DNA of 58,315 bases, the filler included, from Sphacelaria rigidula (taxonomy: Eukaryota), in the NCBI GenBank assembly GCA_964200075.2. It is 5 parts of 5 records of this genome, joined end to end, with 100 filler letters (N's around TTAATTAATTAA, not from the genome) between each part and the next. Parts side by side here need not be neighbours in the genome. Positions count along the whole stretch, not along the records: positions 35,052 to 46,633 come from CAXNAA020004748.1; positions 46,734 to 58,315 come from CAXNAA020004749.1; 3 more parts are not named here. One strand, given 5' to 3'. Shown piece after piece: positions 38,101 through 51,097 of this stretch. The notes below the pieces were generated by a model that did not search any database, was not told where the DNA came from, and saw nothing but the letters and a program-made list of their open reading frames with translations. Numbering within the stretch: the first letter of the stretch is position 1; each line of letters starts with the position of its first letter. The translations under genes were made by a program, and so were the position numbers.

Positions 38101-39746
38101 GATCTAGCCACAGCGATGGCAAGTAATACTCGCGGCGCGACCGGCCGATTTCGAACCATGGTTGCGCAAAGATTGCGGCGAAGAGGTGCACGACTGGCCG
38201 AGCACCTCTATTTTCCGCCACTCCATGGCCTCGGCCACAACGGTGCTCATCATCAGGTACGGGTCGTCCTTCCAGCCTGTTTGGTGCTGCAGCTTGACAA
38301 ACACGGCTTGCTTGAAACTTTCCGGTGCCAACCCCTCCACCAGAGCTTTCGTGATTACTGCTGCCGGGGGGGAATGGACTCACCATGGGGGGAAAGATAT
38401 ACCAGTTCTACGGTCGGATTTTGCGTGAAATACTTCTCCAAGTTAGCCAAGATGGGCTCCACACGCTCCACCATCGGTTTCCCCCGAGAATCCATGGCGA
38501 CAGCTTTCGCCACGGCCGCGGACGCTTGGGTCAGATTTACCTCGGTGCCCGCCGCATACCCACCATGCTTTTTGATCACCGCAACCAATTGCGGCGAGGT
38601 GATGGTGCTCTCATTATGTTCCAAACGAGCGAACACTCTCTGTACATGAGTCGGCACTTGTTGAGCCATGATCACCACCTGATGCCGCACGACACCCCCT
38701 TTATTAGCGTGCTCCACACACTTCTTGTATTCCAAATACCTCGGGTAAAAAGTGCGAGATGCACTCTCTGAGTACCTGTCTCCGTATTGGGGAGGTCCCA
38801 ACTCTTCCCGCATGACCACGGGTGTCACTGTGGACGTACCTCGTGAGCCGGTAGCCATAGCTGTAGCTGTAACCGGCTACCTGCAAACCTCTGCAGGCCA
38901 GCGGACCTTCGCATATTGCACTTTCCTCGCTTCGTCGCCGCACCACACAGTCATAGAAGCCTCCAAACTCCCGCTGCACGCAGCTTCAGCAAATCTCCAG
39001 TCTGGATCAATCACAGGCCAACCGCGTTTCTGCGGCTACCATCAGCTTGAACCCCCGTCATGCGTAGGTGACGCCAGGTTGTCCCCGTTGCCAGACTCAC
39101 TCCGCCGAAGTCCTGTCCAGCAGATTTCTAGCTCTACCACTAGCATTAGCACTAATATCGATATTTTGACGCCAGTTAGTGGAAGCACTGTTGGATCATT
39201 GCTGTTGAGGGACTCCCCGGTCTTACTGGCCTCAGTTTCAGTTGTCAGCCTTTCCAGCATTCTCACTATTCAGGAGTGCCCTTCCAGGGCACCAGATTTA
39301 TAGGCATGCAGATACCATCTCCGTGTTCCCGGTCATTTTCCAGAACCCTCTAGAATCTCAGTTCCTCTAGTCATTATCCATATCATCACTATCAACTCAA
39401 AATACGGCGTATTTTCGTCACAGATCTGATATTTGTTCAGATCGGATTGGGGGATTCCGAAACCCCCGAAGTGAGCTTATCGCTCACCGCATCGCAGAGG
39501 GATGTGGGCGGTATGTCGTAGCAACCGATGTTCAAGACTACGATACAACCGGTGTTGGGGGGGGTACGGTCTGATATTTGACCAGGTCGGGCGAAGGGGG
39601 CGCTGATAAGCAGCAAGAGCAGCGGCATATGGAAGGGAGACGTGGGCTGTGTCCGAAGGCGTCTCTCTTGCGAGGGAAGACGTTCGAGCTCGGGTATGAT
39701 TCCACAGTACTGCAAACATTATACTTTGTTCTGATGAAGGGAGACA
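35125..39746 (-). mobile_element. Decayed Ty3/gypsy LTR retrotransposon (element C)
   Basis: gag (38355-38858; CHRCG*IGHYARGC knuckle ~38075-38120), protease (VLGSGA, catalytic D lost), RT (LLQGYWQMPL, RVPRGVFNATAYFQ, RVDD ~36345), RNase H, integrase (H..GH...CLHC, HFD). Confidence 0.92.
39277..39746 (-). repeat. Candidate 5' LTR (39299-39746) and PBS (39277-39294) of element C
   Basis: Minus strand reads TGTCTCCC...CCTATA, then after 4 nt TGGTGCCCTGGAAGGGC; no partner LTR to confirm. Confidence 0.45.
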
Positions 39747-40670
39747 AGGTGCGCTAGGAGTGCCAACGCAGTTACGGGGTCATTCCTCTATCCTTGACAA
39801 GGAGCGGGAACCATTGATTCTATAGGGAAAAGCTCAATCGGGCCGGACTGAAGTGATGTTGTCAAACATCGGGGGGTGGTCACGAAAAGCTCGTGGGCTT
39901 ACATCCGAAGGCATATTTTGTCGCTAAAACCGCAGTTCGTTAGTTCTGAGGCGAGTCCTGAAAGGAGGCTCGAGTTGTAGTATCGTTGACAGAAATAAAC
40001 AAATTACACCATGACGAGAAAATCAGTGAGGCTGCGTTGTCCCCGAATGTCAAAAATTAACTACTATAGACTCGAATCAAGTGTGCCAACGTTAAGCTTT
40101 CGATTTTTATGCATATTTCTTTGGTTTTTCATGCGCCTTTTTTCATTTTTATTTATGATCAAAAGTGAACATTATGCGCCGATTTATGCGTATTTTGGTG
40201 TTATATGCGCGATGTATCCTGTCCTTTTCGCGTCCTTCTTGGGGCGGTTCCTGGCGGGTTCCTGGCGGCACCGCCCATGGAACGTACCTTCCAGCAAGAA
40301 AACAAGACGGCACGTTGAGCATTTCGAGATTACATTTTTCTTTCAGTTTCACATAACATGAAGTAGCTCACATACAGCACCGTAACCGATATTAGACCCG
40401 CGACAAAGTTTTGAGAAAGCGAATTAGGAACATAAACGCCACGACTCCACGAACCACGCAACTGGAGCACCCGTAGGCAGCGACTGGCTGCTGGGCGTGG
40501 GGTGCACCATCCCGTTGGAGTACTATATGCCCCAAGATATGCGTAAAACTTAGCTTCTATGCCTTCATTACGCTGAAATTTTCAAAAACATATGTTTTCA
40601 AAAACGCATATCCTTATGCGAAAACTCCCATTTGATGCGAAATTATATGCGCGGATAGAAACCAAAAGCC

Positions 40671-40925
40671 TAGTAATGCTACGGTAGGGGTGCACGAATA
40701 CTTTCTGAGGTTAATATTGTTAGAAGACCTCTATCTAACCCATAAACAAGAGTTACGAAAAGAGTTAGAGTACGCCAGAATTACCATTCCAATGTGCTAG
40801 AGATTTCTCGAATGAATTCAAACGGTGGTGTCCTGACTCATATTCTTGTGCGTCTAAAATCGTCAGGAGCCCCTGAGCCGGACAAACTTTTGTGCAAAAA
40901 GTGCACCCCCACCGTAGCATTGCTC
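40671..40925 (+). mobile_element. Sola-like MITE, copy 3 (gap-free, 255 bp)
   Basis: TAGTAATGCTACGGTAGGGGTGCA...TGCACCCCCACCGTAGCATTGCTC; flanks AGCC/AGGC (one mismatch). Confidence 0.85.
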
Positions 40926-41307
40926 AGGCCTGAGACGTCTAAGGTCGCGAGAAATCAACTGCTGAGTAACGTGTTCCACAATTGAAACAGAGGGTGTTGT
41001 GGTCGCATTTTTTCGCCAATAGAGCCATACTCCACATCTACGCCTGCAACTTGGTTCGGTTATTTTTCAATTTTGAAAAGCGTGGGGGATAGAGGATCAA
41101 ATTGTCTCTCTCCGGATACTATGGGCAATGTTCTACGTGTCGTGGTTCCCACGAACCAGATTTCTTCCCATCAGGTGCCTGAAGCGTATCTTAGAAGGGT
41201 AATTTACCTCTGAAGATTTTTTTCTCGTTGGCAATACTTGACCTCTTCTTGGGGAAGAAGCACTTGCCCAAGGGCGCCTACGTTTTGTACAACGCAATGG
41301 ATTCGCG

Positions 41308-41535
41308 GTGGTGGCTGGGAAAAATCGTTTAGTGCACCCTGCAGCGGACGACTCCCACGTTTTTCGTTTTCTCGATGACTCAGGGCCCCTCAGAATCTGC
41401 CTCGACGACGACTACTACACAGAGGTGCTGACCGCCCACCGAGGATCTTGGTGCCTACAGCGACACGACAGAGGCGACATGGACAATACTGTCTCACGCA
41501 ATCCTGACACGGCGTGTGACGCCGCTGGAGCTTGA
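41308..41535 (+). pseudogene. Probable C-terminal fragment of a gypsy pol
   Basis: FLDD.GP....L....YT......RGSWCLQ.H......RN.D resembles, from memory, the pol C-terminus of brown-algal gypsy elements; not verified by search. Confidence 0.5.
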
Positions 41536-42479
41536 TAGTGAATCTGCTTTTGCTTTCCGAATGTTTCGCGTCATAGCTTTTCCTTTTCCATGGACCCTCG
41601 TGTTGTCGTTGAAGACATAGCGATGAACCCCGTGCTGTTCGGTTGTGCCCGTATCCCCAGTAGCCGCTGCCGCATGTGTTCTGTACGAAAGTTCCGTGTC
41701 CCGATTGGTGCCCTCGTCTTTCCCCTACCTCCCCGGGTAGACTGTGCGAACTCGTTCCTGAGTGCGGTTAGCGCATTGTGCTTTCTAGTATATGCCTTTC
41801 TATTTTTTTCTGTTTCATGTGTGTGTGTGTTTAGCATGTGCTTTGTCTTGCGCTTATTATTTATGCACCTTATTGTCTGTTGGACTGCTGCCGAGATAGC
41901 TCCCCCCCGAACCGGCCCAAAAAGTGCATGGATTCGATGATCATGAATGCCGTTAGAGCTGGTTTCGTGCTGCTCGACGCGACTCATTTCGGTATCATAG
42001 GTGATTTCAGACTGCTACACGCCTCTCATGTGGGCGAAATTGCTGCAAACGAGCCCAATAGTGGGATCGCAGCCGGTTTGTCGGACGGTCTCCGGTGCAC
42101 TTTGTGTGTGGGGGCTATCTCGGCATTAGTCGTTGCGTTTAAGTAGCGCCCGAGGTTCACACCCTTTCAACACTCCAGTGCTTCGACCCTTTTTCGTACA
42201 TCCGTACTGATCTCCCTCTCAGGGCAGGTCCCCACGGTGTGAGTTAAGGTCCGCTTCGAACAGGTAAGTACACCCGCTACCGATCCCCTTCACCGGACTC
42301 GTCCCCACAGCGTGTGCTGCTTCTCGTAGCTATACATTTTCTTGATAGAAAATTTGATCCGTTGAACTGAGGCGTGCCCGCTCCGGCCGGTGTTGTGTGT
42401 TGCAGGCTTGATAGGTTTTGTTGTTGAAGCTCATTGCATATTGCATAGTAATCGTGGTCACGTATGACCACACACGTGG

Positions 42480-43284
42480 GCAGACAGCACTCCGTAGGGC
42501 GTGCTGCACAGGGTTCTTCACAGCCTTTGTGAGAACCCCTACACGGCATTTGCAAACCCTAGTACCTCTACCAGCATTTTGTATAGCGTTTTTCTCGGCA
42601 CCCTGCAATCAACCCTCTGGAGACGCACTCCTGATTTGAAAATTCTAAATTATTTTGTTACAAAATCTGTGACTGTATTCATTCAGAGAAACTGTTCGAA
42701 ATACATCCTATTTTTGCCCGAATTCCAATCGGGCAAAAAGAGGATTTTTTTCGAACAGCTTCTTCTGTTGTAAAATCCCCATACACACTGGTGGATTGGA
42801 ATTTGAACAGGAGAAGCTGCTCGAAATAAACCCTCACTTTGCACGCCAATTCATCCAGAAATTGCGCAAAAAGAGAACTTCTTGCGAACAGCCTCAGCTG
42901 TGCAAGTCCCACATGCTGCACCGTAATCAGCGAATGGGATCCGAGCTGCAGCAACAATTGTTGAAAATAATGTATCCTCTTGCCCCCCAATTCATATATC
43001 ATCTGGGCTGAAGGATAGAGTTCTCAACAGCTCTCGCTGTGTACAAATCCCACACACTGCATGAAAGTGTACGTTCACACGCCTGTGCTCCGAAGCGATA
43101 CTTCAGCTGGAGTCGCGGTAAAATGATGGAGTGACGATATATACCCCGCAGATCTATCTACATCACATGGCTCATAAAAACCTAGTCGCCCAATGTCTAC
43201 CGAAACAAACCAAATGATTTTTTTGACCAAAAACGCGGAATAAAACCATCGCGGTTTGCATCTTCTGTGATGGGGATGATCGGT

Positions 43285-43331
<47 letters not shown>

Positions 43332-43520
43332 CGTACGTTAACTGACCCCCCAGGGGTCCAGCCGTGGTCTCTATAATCACAACAGTAAGCTATATACTGG
43401 ACTGTACACGCAATACCATGCAGGACAGTGCAATACCGTGCTAATACGTCAGGTGCTATATACTGCAGAGTGAGCGCGGCATATGCGCTACGTATGGCTG
43501 TGCAATGTGGAAAGATGCTG
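42480..43520 (-). repeat. Partial inverted copy of the foldback-type repeat
   Basis: 43380-43470 is a reverse-complement match to ~45680-45770; 42640-43060 resembles 44280-44850. Confidence 0.6.
43286..43378 (-). mobile_element. 5'-truncated retroposon 3' end with (AATC)n tail
   Basis: (GATT)n then GTCG.AC.TTAACTGACCCCCCAGGGGTCCAGCCGTGGTCTC; same core at 47999-48048. Confidence 0.75.
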
Positions 43521-44059
43521 CAGTTTTTATATATATGAGGGTGTTGAATACCGTCAAGAATAACTACAACTCACACGCGCACGTACATGCGTATTACGCT
43601 CTGGCTTCGTATGCGCGCAAGCGGTTTAGCTTTATTTGGGGTTTTGGGCTGACAATAAGCTCTTTCTTTACAAGCTTGACCCTTTTGGGACGGAGCCTCG
43701 AGAACAATCAATGAGGCTGGTTTGGAATGACGTGTCCTGCATATGCATGAAACTGTAGATTCATGTTGTTAACATTCCACGTATGTATGTTATCGCAGGG
43801 TCAGAGAGGAAGACCGAAAGTTTCATCCAATCTATTTTCAGGTGAAGATACAAACTGTCTTTACTGTACTATAATTAGGGTGTTGTGCGCATCACGTCGT
43901 GTACAGATGTATCAAGCAGTATGAGTCGCTACGGACAGCTTTCAACAGAATCTGGTCACCGCGGCCCGCCACTTGTGGCTTGTATATTGTTCCCATCACC
44001 TTGCCACACAGCCCTTTGTTGTCAGGGTGGGCCGCGATTTCAGTCTTACACCCGTGGAC

Positions 44060-46633
44060 AGATAGCACCCTGTGGGGCGCACTGTGCAGGGTCCGTGCAG
44101 GGTCCTCCACAGTCTTTGTGAAAAGACCCTGACAGTGAAAATCCAAACCTGTACCCCTCGTAGCGTTTTGATAGGGTTTTCCCCAGGGTTGGGTTTGCAG
44201 CCCTGTGTAGGCTTGTCGGCAAAGCCCTGCACAGTCATGTGGTGGCGATTTGGTGAAAAAAACTGACGCTTTTTGTTTTTTGAAAATTCCAAATATTTTG
44301 GTACAAAAGCTGTAAATTTATATATTTTCAATAGCTTGTCCTTCTGTCCGAGGTAAATTCCTCTTCACCCGATTTGAATCGACCGAAAAAAATTTTTTTG
44401 TGGACAGCAGGACAAGCTATTCAAAACAGATCCTCTTTTCGCCCAATTTATTTCGGCAAAAAAAGGGATCCATCTCAAACAGCAGAAGAGGCTGTTCAAG
44501 ATCGATCCTTTTTCCGCCCATTTTTGAAATGAGCGAAAAAGGATCTATTTCGAACAGCGTTTTCTGCTGCGCAAATCCCATGCACACTGGCAGATTCGGA
44601 ATCTGAACAGCAGAAGAAGCTCGAAATAAATATTTACTTTGCCCTCCAATTCATCCGGAAATTGGGGGAAAAGATATTTATTGCGAGCAGCGTCAGCTAC
44701 TGGGCAAATCCCGCATACTGCATCGTTACCAGCGCATGGGATCCGACACGGAGAAAACGTTGCTGAAAGGTATTAGTTCTTTTGCCCCCCAGTCCATGTG
44801 GACATGGGCTAGAAAATGAATAGCTCTCAACAGCTTTCGATGAATAGAGATCTCACACGTTCGATACGTGTGTATGTCCACACCTGTGCTTCATCTGAAA
44901 CCCCTGGGAAGGCGTGGCAAGATGCTGGACAATCGGGTATACCTCGCCCATCTATCCACATACTTCACAAAACCCCGTATTCCATGGTCTACCAACACGA
45001 ACCGTGTTTAGAAGATATCACTTAATCAATCGCATATTAATAGCATATAGACCATCACCCCAAGATATCTATACTCCGTATATATCACCGCAGGCAAATC
45101 GAACATCAATGAACACCCGCCCGCACAACAGTATTGTTCCGCCCAGCTATACCACCACAACCCTGCAGCAAAGAGAACGGGTTGGGCACAGGGATATAGA
45201 CACATACACACTGCCGTGCGGGTGGATATGATGTATTTCTCGTTGGTGGAAACTTGAGCACCTTCCTTCATGGTCGCGACATCGCGCGGCGACGACATAC
45301 GCGGAGTGCGTATAGGCGGGTGCGAGGAACAATCAACCGGCCGCCTATATTATGCATAAACACACTCACCATATGCATGCTGCGGACGCACCGCGATATA
45401 AGATAGTGCAGCATACAGGCCACGTACGGTATGCTGCACGTTGTTCAAGTCCTTTCCACGTCGCACTGTAGGTGGAGAGCATACATATACATTGACCTGC
45501 GTTGTCTGTACTGTACTTTCCCCCTTCCCTTTCACGCCCTACTTACTGTGCTGCAGCAGCTGTGCGCAAAAATGCTGTGGAACTCGCGTGAAAAACTGGA
45601 GTTCGTGACGGTACATAACACCCGCCCCATATATCAAAATAAGCTGCAGGCATCTACATTGTATACATAGCCAGCCATCTGCAGTACATGGTGCCGCACG
45701 TATAAGCACGGCGGTATAGGGCACTGTCCCGCATGCAATGGTATAGTACAGTCCAGTACAGTTTATTGTTGTGAATATATATCCCGAGTACGCAATATCA
45801 ACCGCGCGATGAGATGTTTCATCATCCTGTATATTGTTTTAGTTTCGTCGACACGGGACTACGGGGTTTTCACCAGGTATATGCATCGATGACCGAGGTA
45901 GATTGCGATTCGTTGTCACTACCTCAGCTGCAACAAAAGCTTGCGTGCAGTATGTGGAACTTGAACAGCTGAAGCTGCTCGCGAGCAAGTTCTTTCTCTA
46001 CCCAATTTCAGGTATTCTTGGCGGTGTACAAATTCCATCTGCTATATACAGTGTATATGGGATTATCTGTACAGCTTAAGGTCTTCGAAATGAATCATTT
46101 TCCCCCTATTTCAAGCTTGGAATTAGGATTTATTTCGAATTAATCATTTTTGCCCTACTCAAAGTTTGGAATTAGGATCTATTTCGAACAGCAGCGGCTG
46201 TCCAAATTCCAGATTTTCATTACACTTGTGCCTCTGAAAACAATTCGGGGAAATTCAGTGTTATTGACACGGACCTTCCAGGGCCCCAAAATTCAGAAGT
46301 ACAAAAAATACCTCTTATTACCACGCCTAGCTCCGTGTGTAACCGGTTGTCTATGAAACGGTGAAGTCGAGGGTTCGATTCCTCGTCCAACCTTGATCAG
46401 TTTTTTTTTCCGCCAGTACCTTGCGTCCGGAGCTGCATGTGGAGGGTAGTGTTTGTGCGTAAACACACTGCACAGCATTGCCAGCAGCGATGAACTCTTC
46501 ACGGGGCTACGGAACCCTGTGATGCACGCTATTCATGACCACTGTAGAGAAACCCTGTGGAGCGTCCTGTGCTACGCTGGAAAACACCGTACAGTAAAAT
46601 TCCCGCCAGAAACACTGCGCAGGGTACGTAAAC
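44060..46633 (+). mobile_element. Large non-coding foldback-type element with long imperfect inverted arms
   Basis: ~44500-44640 is inverted relative to ~46020-46140; recurring GGATCTATTTCGAACAGC motif; boundaries approximate. Confidence 0.55.
46325..46410 (+). repeat. Degenerate tRNA-like (Pol III) sequence, probably a SINE head
   Basis: A-box-like TAGCTCCGTGTG, B-box GGTTCGATTCC, then a T9 run; no intact cloverleaf. Confidence 0.4.
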
Positions 46634-46733
46634 NNNNNNNNNNNNNNNNNNNNNNNNNNNNNNNNNNNNNNNNNNNNTTAATTAATTAANNNNNNNNNNN
46701 NNNNNNNNNNNNNNNNNNNNNNNNNNNNNNNNN
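46634..46733. other. Artificial scaffold-joining spacer
   Basis: Same 100-bp N/TTAATTAATTAA/N structure. Confidence 0.97.
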
Positions 46734-46977
46734 CAGTGGAGAGCGACCATGTCGTGGGTACACAAAATTCGACTTAACAATCGACGAGGGAAAGAAACTG
46801 CTGAACCCCTCTCGCGATAAAAAATAAAGGGAAGCACCGCAGAAGGAAGGTGGAGTACAAAAATCAAAGGAAAAAGAGAAAGCTCCCGTGTTGACCTTCC
46901 TCCTGTGTGACCCCGGCTGGTGCGTCCACATATACCGAAAGGTTAGACCGGCGTTCAGAATAGATGGGACGACAACA
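46734..46977 (+). mobile_element. SINE-like retroposon 3' portion at the scaffold start
   Basis: Third copy of the same repeat; all copies end at ...GGGAC(A/G)AC plus a simple tail. Confidence 0.75.
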
Positions 46978-47355
46978 TTGACAGGATAAAAAACGGTGTT
47001 CCCCAAAAAGTTGGTAATGAAACAGATGAGGGGAAGATCTGAAGAGGACAAGGAGATACCAAAAAATCATCATCAGTTTTTCCACAGGCTTCTCGACCAT
47101 GCAAAACTCATTCCCCCTACAGCGATCAGTACCCCTCAAGATCACACCAACCGCGCCGGTGTGACGGCCAGGGCACGCAAAAAACGACTAAGTCTCCTCC
47201 AGCAGCGTAATCGTTACTACGTGCTGCCTCATCTATGACCAGCATTATCAGAGAGCACACGCTGCCTTGCTCTACCCCGCCACCACCACCCCCTCAGCCA
47301 CCGCCCACGACACCAGGACCCAACGGCGCGCCGTGAGTATCCCGTCACTTCTCAC

Positions 47356-47433
47356 CTTTTCTGCAGTTAGGTTGATCGTGAAGGATACGAGATCGTTGTA
47401 CTTTTGCCGTAGCTCCTTCGATTGTTCATACAG
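47356..47433 (-). CDS. VAP coiled-coil exon (downstream TM exon not seen in the scaffold)
   Basis: acgcag|LYEQSKELRQKYNDLVSFTINLTAEK|gtgaga; resembles the LRKKYDELV.F.V.LTA motif I recall from stramenopile VAPs. Confidence 0.82.
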
Positions 47434-47966
47434 CTGCGTTGGTGTCCTGCGTCGTTCCGGGCGGGGTCGGGTCCGGTGGGAGTAGTTGGGAGGGGGTTGG
47501 GGGCATGTTGTAGAACGACTTTTATTTGACAGAAACATAGCAGCAACAGTTCAGTGCACAGCGTTTTGTGCGTCCCTACACACAAGACACTTCATCTTCT
47601 CGCGCAAACACTACCGCAACTCCACCAACCCCTCCTGCGCTGTTCCGTCTCCAAAGTGATGCGTGGTCGATGGCTAAATAAATACCCAAGGGGAAGCAAC
47701 AAACAAGTACGCCCCCGCCTTCCCCCCCCTATCCATTCACGAGACTGTGACTTGGACCCTGGTTCGTTTCACGACTCCCGCACTACACTAACCCTTGTCC
47801 TGTGTAGGGGGGCGTATGTTCGTGGAGCACAAAAGCCAGGTGCACATTTATTATTCGATGGATCCAATCATACGCTGTGTATAATAGTGTATAATAGTTA
47901 GACATGCTAATCGGGGCCAAAATATATACGACTTTTTTGCAAAGAGTGTCCTGGATCCTGATGATT

Positions 47967-48110
47967 TGATTGATGATGATTGTTTTTTTTTTTTTTTTAT
48001 TGTCGCACTTTAACTGACCCCCCAGGGGTCCAGCCGTGGTCTCATGATTCCTAACGGAAAATCGCACAAGCCAATGAGATGGGAATGATCCGCCCAGTCG
48101 ATCGGCGAAG
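47967..48110 (-). mobile_element. Second copy of the (AATC)n-tailed retroposon, in a VAP intron
   Basis: Near-identical core; tail mixes poly(A) and AATC; 5' boundary approximate. Confidence 0.7.
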
Positions 48111-49885
48111 AAGCGAATGGGCCGCCCGGTCGGTTGGGAAAAGAAGCGCAGAAGGTCATCTGCATCCATGACACGCACACGTCCCTGCTGCATTGCATCG
48201 CCGGCACGGTCTGTTCATCATTCATTTTCACGTCAAAACTGCGACAATGCAAAACAGATGACCCGCCCTGGGGGTGCCCGTCTGTATAGGTCAAGACAAA
48301 GCCGATCGAACGCGCACAACAAAGTACAGCAGTGGAATGCTTTACATTACAGTACAATGTTGTCTTCTCTTTTCCACCCGTTACGTTCGTTCCGTTCGTC
48401 TATGGGTATCACCAGGGATCAGACTATTGTACAGGAAACTCTTCGACATCGTCATCCATTCCTACCTCCAGTTGCAAAAAAAGTCCTTGGGCTGTGGTGG
48501 GCATTCATTTTTGAAGTGAATAGTTCGCCCACAACAAACACAACTGACCCATCATGAGGTGACTGCTGTCTGTGTAAATAGACAAAGCCGAAATACACCG
48601 CACAGCACAGTAAATCAGTACAGTGCAGTACAATGTTATCTTCTCTGTGCCCCCCGCCGCAGTACTCCCTTCTTCTGTGGGTATCGTCGAGTATCGGATT
48701 ACCCCTTTGGAAATCGTCACTCTTCCCGCCCGCTATAAAAGTGACGCTTGATCGCCAGGATGATATCTTGTGTTCATTTTTCAACTCAAAATTTCTGGAG
48801 ACGGTCGCCTCATCCCAAAAATAACCGGCTCTAAAGTTGAACTCTCCGACCCCCTGTTTAGGTCATCTGGGTTTTGCATTCTTTTTTCAAGTGAAAGGTA
48901 TGCCGATACGACAAATGCCCAACCCTGGGTTGAGTGGAGGGTGAGAGACATATGTCGGTGTTCTCCGAATGTACAAGCTGAAGTCGCAGCGGACGGAGGC
49001 TGTAGACGCGGTACGACGAACATGGCGGTACCAATACAATTAACACAGACGAACAGGAGAGCACAATTCGGTCACCATTATGTTGTCTGCTCCAGTACAC
49101 GCAATACTTTTTACCTTGGGTTCTTTGTGCGGCTGTGTACTGGGAGATAGATGTTGGGCACAGACGGCGGAGCAGACAGGAAGGCGATAAGATATGTACA
49201 AAGTCTTCGTGTAATCTATGGAAAGAACGCGATGTGCGCCCAAATGTTGGACTAATCTCTATTTAGGGGTAGGAACGGTGTTCCGTGTCGAAATGGATGC
49301 GTGACCAATGGTCAAATGACTAAGGAAAGCAACAAATGAGTGCCCCCCCCCACCCCTTCCTGCCCTCCATGGGCATTCCTCCGTCATCTCCCACAACCTC
49401 ATCCATCTAATAAAACTCACAAGTCGGATGCCTCGCTCTCCCCGGACTGTGACCGCGCGTTCGACAAAAAGTTCTTGATCCCATTTGATGTCTGCAAATA
49501 CCACAAGGCACGTACAAACGCACAACAGTAGTCGAGCCACGCTTTCGTGAGTAAACATGGGGCAAACTTCATGGCACAAAGCAAAGAGTCTACGCTCATG
49601 CGTTCGGCTTCTACGAAGAATAGGCTTGGCCGCTAGTGGTAGTTACGTTGGCCGTCGCTCATACGAGCAAGTCCACGCCTGCCAGACATTCGAGAGGAGG
49701 ATGAATACACCACGCACACACATATACGGACATATGCGGCGTAAATTTGCAGGGTCGACTCAAATGCACAAAACAAGCGCCGATTGAGTGCAACCGATTC
49801 GTCCGCGAAATGTCAGAAAACGCGTGCCATATACTGTAGAAAAGGACACATGTCATGTGGGTACAGTTGTGAGTTGTGATCCCAC

Positions 49886-49993
49886 CTGTTTCAAGTCTGC
49901 CCCCGCCGGCGCCGCCCGGGACCCTGGTCGCGGGAAGGAGAAACGGACAACCAACTTCTTCTGCTGCACGTGCTCTTTGGCACTTTCCCACGT
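49886..49993 (-). CDS. VAP/MSP-domain protein exon (end of the MSP domain)
   Basis: cag|TWESAKEHVQQKKLVVRFSFPRPGSRAAPAGADLKQ|gtggga; 'W......KL.V.F'; alternative in-frame acceptor at 50002. Confidence 0.82.
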
Positions 49994-50991
49994 CTGCGCG
50001 GACTGTTTTTGCCGTCCGTGGGGTATTTGGACACAGTACGAACGGGGAGTTTGCGGTGGGGTTAATCTTGTGTATGGTGAAAAATGATGTTCTATATTTA
50101 CATATATTCGAGGTACATGAATACCCTGGTAAAACTGATGCTGTTCACCCTCGGTAGCCCTTCTAGGCTTGACCCTTCAACGGCGAGAGTAAGTAATCTG
50201 TTGAATCGGGATTGATTTCACAAGGAAAAAGTATGCATGATCCAGATGAACTGCCCTCGCGGTCTAAGGGTTAAGCAACTCGATGATCACCAATGTTACT
50301 GTTTCAACCGAGGCATTACCGATCTGGAGTGAACGGACCACTAAGTCTACACCTTGGGTGAGAGGCAAAGGGGTCGAGCTTCCACCCTGCATGTTGGGGT
50401 TGTGGGCTGAACTAGTTCAAGATGAGGCAAGTCAACAAGGCCTGCCACAACGCAATTGATTGCTCCGCATAAGCGGGCACGTAACATGCCACAAGTAGCA
50501 TAACACATGTCATACGTGTCATACGGGGTATTAGGCCCGGGTTCATGCGTTGGAACATGGGGACAACTGGCATGTAACCAATGTATGTGAGGGGAAACAT
50601 GGAAGAACGACTAGACATTATCAAGGCAAAACACGAACGAAAAAAAAAGAGGGGTTATGATGACACTTCTGCGCAGACTGTGGTCCTCGTTGATGTGGGT
50701 TTTTACTTTCACTCACCGGCACAAAACGGAAGAATTAAAACAACGAAGAAAAGAAAGAAAAAAGAAAAAGACTAACAGTTCGGAACAGTTTTTGCCGTTC
50801 GCCCACATCAACGTAGGGCCTCCTCACTTCTCCCACGTTTCTTACAAACCACAGAACACACCAACACCGAACGTTGGACCAACCCCCCCCCCCTCGGCGC
50901 GAACTCCAGTACCGCTGTCCCGCCAAGTGCTGCGCGTGGGCAGCACACACACCCTGACGAGGGCAGCAGAGCTAGCCATATTATTCCTCAC

Positions 50992-51097
50992 CACAGCGAG
51001 TACTGTGCCTCCCGCGTCCTTCAGCGGCAAGACCTGTAGCATGAACTTGTTTGTGTCGCTGCTCGTACCCGTTTGCCTATACTCCAGAATGAGTTCC
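50992..51097 (-). CDS. VAP/MSP-domain protein exon
   Basis: tctcag|(R)ELILEYRQTGTSSDTNKFMLQVLPLKDAGGTVLAV|gtgagg; NKFMLQ corresponds to DKFLVQ; alternative in-frame donor at 50953. Confidence 0.8.

Noticed and set aside
37708..38649. 313-aa plus-strand ORF and similar long GC-rich ORFs (e.g. 3092-3577, 5638-6111)
   Set aside because: Antisense shadows of retrotransposon gag sequence; no recognisable domains
46325..46400. Functional tRNA gene
   Set aside because: B-box present, but acceptor and anticodon stems do not pair convincingly
34745..46977. Joining the scaffold 3 end to the scaffold 5 start through the shared repeat
   Set aside because: Both carry the same 3' part of the repeat with differing sequence and different unique flanks, so they are separate copies
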